A stretch of 64,000 nucleotides of DNA from Octopus sinensis. Lineage: Eukaryota. The stretch's first letter is position 1, and each line of letters opens with the position of its first letter. Shown piece by piece: positions 12,620 to 25,059 of the stretch. The stretch spans positions 46,748,001 to 46,812,000 of the forward strand of contig NC_042997.1 of the NCBI RefSeq assembly GCF_006345805.1, in the 5' to 3' direction. The translations under genes were made by a program, and so were the position numbers. Under the pieces are notes generated by a model. It searched no databases. It had not been told where the DNA came from and saw only the letters and a list, made by a program, of their open reading frames with translations.

Positions 12620-13390
12620 AAAGATAACACCTCCATCCCTACTCATACCTTTCTCTTCAAAATATAGTGGCTGAAGCTGATGAGCTTGGCCAGATAGTTG
12701 AGAGTATCCCAAACCTTTTAGACGGGTCCACCATACGGCTTTTTTGCCACTGTCACTAAGCAGAGAAAGATCTGCCTCTCTTCTCTGCTGGATTAGTTTT
12801 ACACGAGGCAGTAGCTACTCAATACAAGCAGAAAAGTCACTAATGCACGGACACTGAGTAATTGTGTGCACGACAGTTTCGTCCTCTTGCATGCATCACA
12901 GGCAGATCTGGCTGCTGACGCTTACATGCCCCAAACAGGCAATGCTCCCTTGGAGCACAGTTCTTCGTCGCTAGATTCCTCAGAAGTGATAACTCCCAGT
13001 GTTCTCGTCGAAGCTCAAAGTCAATCCTGAGCTAGTGTCGCTCATACCCTGAATGTGCCTCCTACAGCAATCTTCAGTTGTTTTCCTGTTAACAGATTTG
13101 TCCTTCTGGTACAATGCAATGAGAGCCAGACAATATTCTAGAAGCCATTAACCCAATCTTAGTCTACATTTGAACCTTGACTGCAGCTCAGGCAATGAGA
13201 TGAGTTGCGGAAAAACGTGTTACCCGATGGATGTCCATATTACTTCACCCTTGTTTTCGTTGTCATTGTTAACATTATCTTGGCAATTTAGATATTTCTG
13301 CACGTGCGTCAGCCTCAACGCGTAGCGACGCACCATCGAGAAATGCCATGGACTGGGTGTTGACAGCAGATGAATTTTCTGACCAGTGGA
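12620..13390 (-). mobile_element. L1/Tx1-clade LINE ORF2 3' fragment, degenerate
   Basis: Minus strand CSKGALPV...C..CMQEDETVVHTITQCP (zf-RVT CCHC, ~12848-12900), then LCLVTVAK.AVWWTRLKGL; locally higher GC. Confidence 0.7.
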
Positions 13391-13654
13391 ACCAGGCCTT
13401 TCTGGTTAAATATTTAAGCTATAAAACCTTACTACTAGTCATTGATTTAATACTGAATATAATCATCCATAACCTATTTATTGTTCGAATAATATAAAAT
13501 AAGGGGGTATGATATTTTGCAATTTTATAAAATTAATATTATTTGTCTCAAATTTCAAATAATCTCTCTTCCTTAGATTATACATTTCATTAAACCTATT
13601 TCTTCCACGCTTCCTTTTGCAAGTGGAGTTATTCATTTTGGTTACTTTCATATA

Positions 13655-13875
13655 TTGGATTAAAATTTCGACACATGGTCAAGGAGTTCGAGGAGTGGAT
13701 TAAGTCGATTACATTGACCCTCCCCGCCCACTCTTCTGCAAATGGCAATTATTTTATCGATATCGAAAAGATGAAAGGCAGAGGACCTCGGCATAATTTG
13801 AACTCAACGTAGGGACAGCCGAAATGCCGCCAAGTATTTTGTCCGGCGTGCCAACGAATCTGCCCGCTCGTCACC
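13655..13875 (-). mobile_element. SINE family C, diverged
   Basis: Aligns along its length to the reverse complement of 14051-14268. Confidence 0.8.
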
Positions 13876-14050
13876 GTTTTATTTTCTTATATCAGATTTC
13901 ATTTAATTTTTTATACATAGTAATATTTTTGAAATATAAGGATTTGGGTGATTTAATTTATCATTTTCTTTAATTTTATTATTTATAAGAAGTAGGGAAA
14001 TATTGTTATAATCAGATAGGTTCCTAGTTCTTCTACTATAAGTCCTGTAA

Positions 14051-14268
14051 AGGGGTGAGTTGGCAGAAACGTTAACATGATGGTAGAAAGGTTTAGCGGT
14101 ATTTCGTCTGTCTTTACGTTCTGTGTTCAAATTCCGCCCAGGTCGATTTTGCTTTTCATCCTTTCGTAGGGTCGATAAATTACGTACCAGTTGTGTACTG
14201 GGGTCGATCTAATCGACTGATCTCCCTTCACCCAAAATTTCGGGCCTTGTGCCTAGAATAGAAAAGAC
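14051..14268 (+). mobile_element. tRNA-derived SINE family C (central domain resembling the Meta/MESC SINE core)
   Basis: GAGTTGGCAGAAACGTTA (A-box-like), GTTCAAATTCC (B box), core GTCGATTTTGCTTTTCATCCTTTCG..GGGTCGATAAATTA.GTACCAG. The core-domain name is from recall and unverified. Confidence 0.85.
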
Positions 14269-14749
14269 TATAAGTTCTTTTTTTCCTTTTCTTTTAATTG
14301 CCATAGAAATAACTGTTTTACAAATTGTATTCTAATTTTCCAATATTGAAGCTAGCGTACGTTTATATCTTTAGAAATTATGAATTAACTAAAGGTTATA
14401 AGTATCTCTCTAGGCTTAATTTGAACGTATGTTTGATTACGTCAGCGGCACTACCATACGACCGATTATAGTTGTCTTTTCCTACATTAATTTATCGTAT
14501 GCTGGTTTCCTTTATTCGGTTAATATCATTAGCCTATGTACTTATGATTTCTCAATGATTTAACAGATACTTTTCTTTTTCTCTCCCCCAATCCGTTAAT
14601 CATTTCTCTTTTGGAGACGCTCTTAAATCTCTATACATTAATTCTATATATATTTTATCTATTCACAATTAGCTGTCTCTGTCTTAATTAACTTTAGTGA
14701 ATTCATTCTCCTTATACTGCAGTAATTAAATTGAACACATCCGCACATC

Positions 14750-14840
14750 TTTTTTTATTACATACTAATAGTTTTTTATTACATACTAATAGTTTTATTA
14801 CATACTAATAGTTATTACATACTATTACATACTAATAGTT
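14750..14840. repeat. Minisatellite, unit (T)nATTACATACTAATAG, ~5 copies
   Basis: Direct inspection; the T-run shortens from copy to copy. Confidence 0.9.
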
Positions 14841-16242
14841 CCACTCAGTTTTGGATACTCTTGGATTTGCGTATTATCAAACACTAGTGATCATTCTCTC
14901 ATTGATGAGCCCTTCGCTAATGGAATGAATTTTTTATCTGTTGTTGTCTGTCTTTCTGTCTAGCCATCAAATATAATGTGCTTCACACACATTGATCCCT
15001 TTTAATCTCTCTCTCTCTCTCTCTCTCTCATTCTCCCTCTCTTTCTTTCTTCCACCTCTCTCTCTCTCTGTATATATTTATAGATAGATAGGTAGGTAGA
15101 GAGAGATAGGGAGAGTTGATAAATCATGTCTCTATTATTGCATTTAAGTGAATGAAATTGACAGAAGGTGGAGAATTTTTCGTCACAGACAAGTGAAGTT
15201 TGGAAAAGAGGCCTTGCAAGTCTATCAGATAGATGGAAGAGTATTGTAAAAAATGAAGGAGAGTATATTTTAGATTAAAAAAGAACATTATTCATCTTAA
15301 TTTTGAAAAATAAAAGAAATATAAAAGAAACCGCATTACTTATGGGATGACCCAATATAACAAAATTTTCAACATGAATTTAAAAGGCAGATAACTGTTC
15401 ACTCTTCTTACGAAACGTAACAATGCATCTTTTCTAAACCGACAGGAACGCATTTAATATCTGAAATGACATTATTACCCACTGCCTCAAAACCAATTCC
15501 TATCTTGGAATGATGACTGCTCATACTTCACCACTCATATGTTACTCAACTTCGAAGAAAAACTTTTTATTTGATTAATAGACCCAAGTGCAATTGACAT
15601 ATATCTACTAAGGCATACTAGATGGAACTACAGCTAAATTGAAGGTTCTTCGTGGGTTTTATATTCTAACATTTTATTTCGAGTATCCTTTGTATTTCCA
15701 TTTGTGCTTCGACACACTTTTACAAAAACTTCTTGCTCCTGTGTGTTTTATAAATAAATATTTATTCATACATAATCTTTCCTGCTTCCCTGTCATTTGT
15801 TTTATTCCATCTTTCTATCCCTTACTATTCATAGTATTTTTCTCCATCCACTTTCACTTTCAAAACTCTCTACTCCTCCTTTCCCTCTACTTACGTAGTC
15901 TATTAGCATTAAACATTATACTACACCTTTTTAGAATAAACACTATATTCAAAACCGCTTCCTTATACATATATGCTATCAATTTTGCGTTTCCCATTCT
16001 CCGCTCTATTTCTACTCCCGCGCTTCTCTTTGTTTTAAGTGTTTTATTGTCTAAATGTTTTATACTATTTTCCTGTTTACTTTTACTGTCTCTCCTAGAT
16101 AAATATTTTTCCTCTTGGCATTAAAACTTAGTATTTCATCTACGATACACTAAGGTACAATTAAATGAATCACATCTTATCGTCACTTTCATTCTTCCTT
16201 TATTCGTTTCGTTTCTTTCTTTCTGTCATAATTTCTCTTCGC

Positions 16243-16321
<79 letters not shown>
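16243..16321. repeat. (ATCT)n tetranucleotide repeat
   Basis: Direct inspection. Confidence 0.95.
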
Positions 16322-16322
<1 letters not shown>

Positions 16323-16714
16323 TGTTCACTTCTTTATTTCTTTTTATCTCACTCGTTATTCCCCCACCCCCCACACCGTTTTACGTACCCTGTTTTCCTC
16401 ATACTATCTTTCTCTTCGTATGTGTATAACCATTTCCTCTTTCTTCTCTTTATCTTTCTTTCGCTTTCCGAGATTTCTCCTGTTTCCTTACCATTTCCGT
16501 TTGCTTAATAATACCTTGCTCAACCGTCATATCTATATATTTAAATGTTAGACCATTAATATTTATAAGACTCACTTTGACCAGCATTTTATAACTGTAT
16601 CAAACAGGAATTTTTAAAATAATGCAGCAGTGACGTTTTGAATAAATGGAACAAACGATACTCGCAGTGAACAGAGGTATAAATTCTGCTTCTAGCTAAA
16701 TTAATAATAATTCC

Positions 16715-16910
16715 TGACGTAAGCACGAGGCCAGAATTTTGAGACAGCGGAGTAGTTGATAATATCAATTCCAGTATTAGACGGTACTTTATTTTATTAA
16801 CTTCAAAAGGGTGAAAGGCAATATTAACCTTAGGAGGATTTGAACGCAAGATGTAGTGAGCTGGAACAAATATCGCAAAGCAGTCTAACCGACACGCTGA
16901 CCGATAATTC
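16715..16910 (-). mobile_element. SINE family C, old copy
   Basis: GGTACTTTATTTTATT...GTGAAAGGCAA...GGATTTGAAC motifs in family C order. Confidence 0.6.
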
Positions 16911-16932
16911 TATATTACATCTCTCTCACTCT

Positions 16933-16933
16933 G

Positions 16934-17006
<73 letters not shown>

Positions 17007-17080
17007 ATCTATCTATCATCTGTCTGTCTGTCTTTCTGTCAGTCTATTTATCTATTTATCTATCTATCATTCTATCTATA
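16933..17080. repeat. (ATCT)n tetranucleotide repeat
   Basis: Direct inspection. Confidence 0.95.
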
Positions 17081-17903
17081 CTGTACTATCATGTTACTGA
17101 TCTGGATATATATCCATTCGTTAAAGATAGATCGATATGACCGAATAAAATTCTCGAATTGTCTGACACAGTATAGTCACAGACAAAAGACTGACACCAG
17201 TAGCAAACCAGTAGTACACATACACACACACGCACATACATGTATGTGTATATATATATATACAATTATGTATGCATATACAGAAGCATACGCCTATGCA
17301 TATGTATGTATGTATATATATATATAATTAAATGATATACGTTAGGTATGTTTCGTATGCTTACAGCATCAAGTTATAGAAATATTGATAAAGTTTACAG
17401 CTTATATAGTTTCACATCAAAACGATCAAATTTCTTTAAAAAGAAACACGAAGATAAACGAAATGAATCACAATAATAAATAAATATATAAATAAATAAT
17501 AACTTAAAAGAAACAAAACACAAAACAAAATAGGAAATTGTAAAAACATGACTGAAAGTAATAGAAACGGTTCCTTGAAATGGTAAAAATAAAATGAAAT
17601 TAAACATAGAAAGGAACAATGTAAATAGAATAATAAAGATTATATTTTATGGGAAAGATATTTTATTACTTGTGTAATATAAACTAAGTTCAGTTTTAAA
17701 AAAGAGACAAGGCATACATGATAACCGAGTGGAATTCTCTTTTTCGGGAGATACAATATTGTCTCGAATTCCTCAAACAAAGCAATAACGCAATCTTCTT
17801 TGTATCGATACCTATTTGTCTGCTATTATGTTATGTCTCCCTGTCTGTGTGTCTCACTTTCTCTCCCACGTTCTCTGTACACACACACTCTCACAAACAC
17901 ACA

Positions 17904-17949
<46 letters not shown>

Positions 17950-18489
17950 CATACATATGTATGTATGTAGAGGCATATATTTAAGTTATGTGTATTGTTG
18001 TTCATAGAATACTTTATGGATGAGGGATGGTGTATGCAGGAAGTTATTGATACATATTGATCTGTATGTATGCATATATAAATGGTAGTCATACACGGTA
18101 TATGTGCAAACCGTCGCAGATATAAATATGCATCTACATATATTTATATATATTACGTACACATTTACACAAATCTGCTAGGATATATGTATGTCTATAT
18201 GTATGTATCTGTCTACTCACACACATACATATGTATGTGCATATATGCGCATATATAGATATGTACACGAATGAGTATGTGTGTGTATGGCATTTATATA
18301 TTATATGTATAATATATATATATACATGTTTATATAGATGTATATCTATATTATATATATGTACACATACACGCAAAAAGTGCACAAAGGAAAATTCATA
18401 CAACCACACAAGCATGTATTTATGTATGCATCAAAATATGTATATATATACACACGCAAATATTGATTAACTGAATTGATATATATGCG

Positions 18490-18491
<2 letters not shown>

Positions 18492-18552
<61 letters not shown>
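18492..18552. repeat. (TG)n microsatellite
   Basis: Direct inspection. Confidence 0.95.
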
Positions 18553-18553
<1 letters not shown>

Positions 18554-19202
18554 CAGTGTGTTCAGTGTGCGCTGATGTTTGTATACACGCATATCCTCTG
18601 AATTAAAGACATTAAAATTTTAACGTAATAATAAATATATATTTTGTCGAACTATACATATTTATGAAATGTTGAGATTTATAAATTATGGTCCTCGAAA
18701 TATTTAAAATCCGATCTACTATCCCCCAGCACAACCCACACAAGCACGCACCCACGCGCATTCACACACCCCCACATACATAGTATAATATGCATATTAG
18801 ACGTCAGAGTTATCTGTGTCCATTGCCATAGTGAAAGACGGACATATTAAAACAGTAAAATCTGAGGAAACTAGAGATGTACTTTGAAGACAGTAAGTAT
18901 TGCAAATACTTGGAACTGTGTTACAAATACCAAACCTTCAAGAAGTGAAGTCTAGCGAACCTTACCTGTGCTAGAGCAGGAATGTTCACAAGATTTGTGT
19001 CAGCAACTAATTATGAGAGTCAGTCGAAGCAAGTGATGGTAAAAAAGAAAAGGAACTAAGATATCAAGTACTGGTGGAGGCATGGAGTAACCGTTGAAGC
19101 TTAGAAAACGTAAAAGGATCACCATGTGATTTGAATATTTTGGAGGATAGTGAGAGAGATGCACAACTGAGAAACTTTGTACAGACACAGTCTACACGTT
19201 CA

Positions 19203-20064
19203 TAAGTGGTCTGATCAATAAGTATCCGTACTGTTGCTATATAGTAAGGAAGCTAAAACACGGAGCATGAATCCGCTTAGCACAGATTGACCGTAAATGC
19301 TGCTACGCATGCGCACTACGATTCACCGTTCTAGCTCCCTGCCACTGTTTACAGCAGTGCTTCGTAGGAAGGTGTGTAGCGTGTGCTTGTCGCATTGGCC
19401 ATGGCAGAGAAAGTTAAACAGAGAATCTGCATCAAATTTTACCAAAAGCTTCGCGTTACCTGCTCAGAGGCCAAAGCTAAGTTTTCAAAAAGATCTTGTG
19501 CAACTGAAATTCGAGCGTCTTTTTGGTCAGCTGAAATCAGTTTGGGCTCAAACTTGGTAGATACGCAACTCATACCTAAATCCTCAGTGATAATGGACTG
19601 AACTGAAGCGTAAGTAATCAGCACATCCTCTGATAACTCACCGATGGTGATTCGACGATTTCCCCTCACAGCTGCATGCACATTGGCGATGTTTCTCTCT
19701 ACTCTGATGGTTGCCGGTCTCCCAGGACGTTTGTCAATATCGGCTTTTTTTTCGGGCATATTGGAAACGTCTGAACCGCTCATACACGTATGTGCAGCTC
19801 ATATACTCCTCTTCATATACTTTCTGCAATCAGAGTAGGCCTCTGAGCAAATATAGCCATCACAGCTTTCTCTGTTATGGTCAATGCGACGATCACACGC
19901 TACATACCTTCCTTCGAAACACTGCTGTAAACAACGGAAGGGAGCTAGAATGTTAAAACTTAGCACCCATACACGAGGTCTATCTCTGCAGAGCGGATTT
20001 ACTTTGCGTGCTTTAGCCTCGTTACTATGACAACAGCTCAGATACTTAATGATCAGACCTCGTA
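19203..20064. mobile_element. Non-autonomous mariner derivative made of two inverted 5' ends, TA-flanked
   Basis: Termini TA-AGTGGTCTGATCAATAAGTATC / GATACTTAATGATCAGACCTCG-TA. Plus-strand MAEKVKQRICIKFYQKL (19401) and minus-strand LQKVYEEEYMS..VYERFRRFQ, RPGRP..RRITIGELSEDV..SVQSIITEDLGM..VSTKFEPKL (ORF 19439-19783). Confidence 0.9.
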
Positions 20065-20230
20065 TACGTACATTGATACATTCATAAATATATATACATA
20101 TATATTTGACTAGTTGAATGAATTATCTTGTTATGGATAATTCGGTTAACCGATACCTGGGTAGCAAACTCACACCAGAGAAGACACGTTTGAAGTTACG
20201 TGCTTTCGTGTGGAAATTTGTATGTTTTTT

Positions 20231-20456
20231 TTTTTAAATATATAAATATATGAAAGAATGGAGTTGAACGACGAATTAACAAAATTCCTTTATTTTCGAC
20301 ATATGTTTCGATGGCTGCATATTCCTAATTGCGAAGGAATAATATTCCTTCGCAATTAGGAATTATGCAGCCTTCGAAACATATGTCGAAAATAAAGGAA
20401 TTTTGTTAATTCGTCGTTCAACTCCATTCTTTCATATATTTATATATTTTTAAAAA
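20231..20456. repeat. Near-perfect ~226-bp palindrome (fold-back), probably Penelope pLTR-derived
   Basis: Arms 20236-20340 and 20344-20449 are reverse complements with one mismatch and one 1-nt indel around a 3-nt loop (AAT). Confidence 0.95.
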
Positions 20457-20771
20457 TATATACATATATATGTACATTAGTACATTCGTATATACATTCT
20501 GTATAATCGAACCGAGTTTATTGACGAAGTATCTTTTGAAAATTAACTTGCTGAGACACATCTGCAGCAGAGGATGCATCACAGAGAGTTGAGCAGTAAT
20601 TCACCAGCGAAGGATCGACAGAAGATGGGTTGGAACGATCCTTATGATTAATAAGTGTCGCATGAATTCCAATTTCTATATACACACATACATATGCCCA
20701 CACACACTCAAACATTCATATGTGTTTGTGCGTGTGAGTATAAATACATACATACATATATATATACATAT

Positions 20772-21062
20772 ATCACGTGATCACGTGACCGACCAGACCA
20801 TCAGATGTTGTTACACATCGCTGGTCACAATGCGTTCGCATTGTTTTAGCCTTCGAATGACGCCACCCCGCTGGTTAAGCGAGCAGGCCAACAGAAGAAA
20901 GAGTGAGAGAAAGAGTAGTGAAAGAGTACAGCAGGGATCACCTCGTGGAGCTTTTAGGTGTTTTCGCTCAATAAACACTCACAACGCCCGGTCTGGGAAT
21001 CGAAACCGCGATCCTGCGACCGCGAGTCCGCTGCCCTAACCACTAGGCCATTGCGTCTCCAC
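20772..21062 (-). mobile_element. tRNA-derived SINE, family B tail type 2
   Basis: Same head as 11345/44215, different 3' tail ending GGTCACGTGATCACGTGATA. Confidence 0.9.
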
Positions 21063-21172
21063 ATATATATATATATATATATATATAAACGTTTGTGCGT
21101 GAATGTTTGTATGTATATACACGTTTATATATGTGTGTACATATGTATATTCATGTGTGTGTTTGCGCGTGT

Positions 21173-21203
<31 letters not shown>

Positions 21204-21480
21204 GTCTATGTCTGTGTGTATGTTTGTGCCTGTGCACAAATTCTATAACCGCTACAAGAATCTCAATCTTCAAGGGGAATCTCAGAAATGCCATTCTCTA
21301 CAAGCTTTGCGACAAAGAATTATTATTTTAAATCCCAAGTGGGTCTTTATTGCAACAGGCGTTCTACCCATTTTTCTCTCTGGGTCGTGTGATACGCATG
21401 AAGATCCTCGGTGGAGGATGTATCTGTGTGTGTGTGTGTGTTGTGTGTGTGTGTGTGTGTGTGTGCCTGTCTCTCTCTCT

Positions 21481-21886
21481 CTTTCTCTTTTACTTGTTTC
21501 AGTCATTTGACTGCGGCCATGCTGGAGCATCGCCTTTAATCGAGCAACTCGACCTCGGGACTTACTCTTTTGTTAGCCCAGTACTTATTCTATCGGTCTC
21601 TTTTGACGAACTGCTAAGTAACGAGGACGTAAACACACCAGCATCGGTTGTCAAGCAATGCTAGGGGGACAAACACAGACACACAAACATACACGCACAC
21701 ACACATATATATACATATATACGACGGGCTTCTTCCAGTTTCCGTCAACCAAATCCACTCACAAGGCATTTGTCGGCCGGGGCTATAGCAGAGGACACTT
21801 GCCCAAGGTGCCACGCAGTGGGTCTGAACCCGGAACCATGAGGTTGGTTAGCAAGCTACTTACCACACAGCCACTCCTGCGCCTAT
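21481..21886 (-). mobile_element. tRNA-derived SINE family A, full length
   Basis: Head ATAGGCGCAGGAGTGGCTGTGTGGTAAG...GGGTTCAGACCC; colinear with 821-1201 plus ~28 bp that the 821 copy lacks. Confidence 0.92.
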
Positions 21887-22410
21887 GTCTGTGTGCTTGC
21901 GTGTGTGAGTGTGAGTGTGTATGAGAGATAAAGACAGAGCAGGGTGATAGAGAAATTCCTAATATTTACAGTGAGCTGAATGGATCGGTACCTGGATCGA
22001 TGAAAGCTGAGGACGGTTATGAGGAAAACATTTATAATAAATAATACAAAATGGCTCCGAACCGGTTGAATGGTGACAAACACGAACACAACAATGCATA
22101 ATCTAGCCAATTCTTCGCTTGAAGGCTCATGGCTAGAGTTCAAATAAAATATCTATGTCATCGCTGCCAATATCTTCGGCTACAGGACACTGAATCACAA
22201 AATAATTTTTTAAATGTATGATATCTTAGGCATGTAGCATAAATTACACCAGTTGTACAATCCTAATTTACGAAGAAAAGCTAAAGACAGGCAGAAACAT
22301 TGAGACGCCATAAATTAACATTGCAAATACAGCTGAAGAAAATGAAGAACGAGTAATGGTTGACGATATGCCAAGATATTGGATTTACGTTTGAGAAAAC
22401 TGACACACTA

Positions 22411-22453
<43 letters not shown>

Positions 22454-22867
22454 ACGCACACACGCACACACACGCACACACATACACGTACGCACACACG
22501 CACTCATATATGTATTTTATTGTGACAGGGGAGTCATTCTCTCTTTTAGTGCCTTATTATGTAACAAACTCCCCTGTTAGATATCCGCTTATTTACATAT
22601 TCTTTCTAAAATCTTCGTCGCATCTTGCAAACATTTCAAAAATCGTTGACTTTGTCCGTTATTAGAAATGCGTTCCTTTTGTTTGTTTGTGCACATGTGT
22701 GCGCGTCAGTGTGCAAGTGTATACACATATGTATGCATGTATGTATATGTGTGTATGTGTGTGTATGTGTAAGTGTACTTGTCTGTCCGTTATACCTATG
22801 TGCATGTCTATCTCTTTATATGTTTAATTACATATCCATTTACCTACCTACCTACACACACACACAC

Positions 22868-22946
<79 letters not shown>

Positions 22947-22999
22947 CATTTATATACATCTACATAACAGCCTACTATCAAATCTACCTGTATATATAT

Positions 23000-24785
23000 A
23001 AACTGTGAGTATTGTGGTATGAGTACCTTTTACGTATATTTCCTACTTAGTACTGAGAATGTATAATTTACGAGAACATGCTGATGTCAAATTGACTCAC
23101 GTGCCTCCATATTGGCTTTTGGTATGTTGGTAGAGTATGGAAGACTTTTGTTGTCATCATATTGGTCTCAAACATGCATTTAGTCTCGCGTCTCACCTAT
23201 GTATATCGTGTTCGTTTCTTTACAAGAGCCCTCTATGCCCCTTATGCTGTAGGCTACATTTCTAGTTCTACAGTTATTGCCAGAGTTATTAATACACTCT
23301 ATTCAGTTATAATTGGTACTTTTAATATTCTCAAAAGTGTACGTCCTACATAATTGTGATCTGATGGAGATCCCTGGCTTCTCAACGATCTTAATGTTGA
23401 ATTTGGCCTTCTTCACAGATTTCCTAAACGTTTGGGCTGGTTCTCCATTGGCTGTGGCCACTACGAACATTACTCCTTGGTATTTGTCGCTCTTGTATCA
23501 CGCGCTCACCCTGTTTGCTCTGGCACTAACTCTTTGTATCATGTTCCAGTGTTTACTTCTATATCAAGTGCAGTTACCACTGGTTTCATTACAAGCAATA
23601 CTATCTAATTTCTTTCTAGCAATCCCTTTATACCCGAACCCTATCTTTCTGATAATATTCAGCGAATTGCATGCTGTACACGATGTTCTGTACATGTTTC
23701 TTTGTTTCATCGGGTTTGCATATTTGGGGACACACTGTTCATTATCCTAAGTCTGCTACCAGTATGTTGATTTTCATATTGTGTGACAAAGCTGAGTTCT
23801 TGTGAACAACATATTTAGAGGCTATGGGTTTCATGTAATAGGAGTGGAAGAGCTTCTCTCTGTTGATCACAGTCTCTAACCAAATTTCAGTATCAAGGAC
23901 AAGGAATCTATTGTTAGGGTGCCTAATGTGGTAATCGATAGTTACCCTGATACTTTGGTGGATTGAGTTTGCTACTTGCTGGATGATCTCCATTATGCTC
24001 TTCTCAGTTTCTACATTACAGATACTAGAATTTGCACTAACTAGAATATTAATGCCATCTACATACCTACAGTGTACCTAAATAGTTGTGGATTGCTCCG
24101 CCAAGGATTGTCTAAGTTTTCTGTCACACCAGGTCATGAAGAGCCCGGTCACTTCTCCATCCACACCGACGCCAATGACTGCATCTTGAACATGCATGTA
24201 TAGTTTCTTGTTAAACTATACTATGTTGTTTATGAAAATGGTTCTAATACTAGCCCCTATTGCATGTTCAGTCATGCTTTTCACCTGACTGTTGCTCTTA
24301 AGGTCCTGGGTTGGTATGGTCCAGCTACTCAAGTGCTCTGCGGTGTTTGCTTTCACTGCTGAGGTGATAGTGAGTGGTCTTCTCCTCTGTGACCTGGTGC
24401 GGCAGAATCCACAAAGGTCATGGTTGTCTAGGTAGTTAGTCATAACTTAGTTTAAGGAGGAGGCCCAGTTCCCTCGTGTTGACTTCACGGAACTCTACTT
24501 CACTCTCACAGATAATCTCAATGACTTTTTCCACAGCAAAATCTATGTCTATAGATGGGTAGAGTGAAACTAACCCATACTACCCACAGCATAATCTGTG
24601 AGGTCAATGGAGTAGTTGCAATTATTGATTCTACTGAGAAGATCCTCCATGCTCACACAGACATGTGAGGACATTTTAATGAGTGGTCATAACACCTGTG
24701 AGATGTCGTTGGGTAATTTATAATTGCTGGAGATATTCCCATGTGTGCATTAAGGAGTTTTCCACTCCTTCATGTTTAATGTTAA
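23000..24785 (-). mobile_element. Penelope-like retroelement (RT + C-terminal GIY-YIG endonuclease), degenerate
   Basis: Minus strand in order: LYPSIDIDF (~24550), RYVDGINI (~24060), thumb SIHQSIRVTID..FLVLD..YYMKPIASKYVVHKNSALS (ORF 23742-23993), then NCRTRNVAYSI..TIYIGETR (~23190-23260; GIY-YIG). Confidence 0.88.
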
Positions 24786-24787
24786 CA

Positions 24788-24868
24788 TGCATGTATGTAT
24801 GTATGTATGTATGTATGTATGTATGTATGTATGTATGTATGTATGTATGTATGTATGTATGCATGCAT
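24788..24868. repeat. (ATGT)n tetranucleotide repeat
   Basis: Direct inspection; abuts the 5' break of the Penelope-like element. Confidence 0.95.
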
Positions 24869-25059
24869 GTAAGTAGCAGTTGAAAAATATATTTGGTCTT
24901 AGCTATTCAATTACTACTCCTCTCTACCTAATTAATGGCTACACCTTAATTAGTGATACTGAGATGTGCAGCTTTCTACAGTTCTTTAACATTATCCATT
25001 CTCAATAGAAGAGAATGTTATATACACCTACCACAGCGCCATGTTTTTAGAGAATGGAT

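Noticed and set aside
15639-16551. Long hydrophobic ORFs (161 aa, 128 aa) as membrane proteins
   Set aside because: A T/C-rich strand bias yields Phe/Leu/Ser/Ile without stops; non-ATG or microsatellite-spanning, with no motif.
21972-22044. Short terminal exon ELNGSVPGSMKAEDGYEENIYNK* after TTTACAG
   Set aside because: Only 24 codons, a weak polypyrimidine tract and no recognisable homology or partner exons.
23313-23750. 145-aa plus-strand ORF
   Set aside because: Antisense shadow of the Penelope-like ORF on the minus strand.
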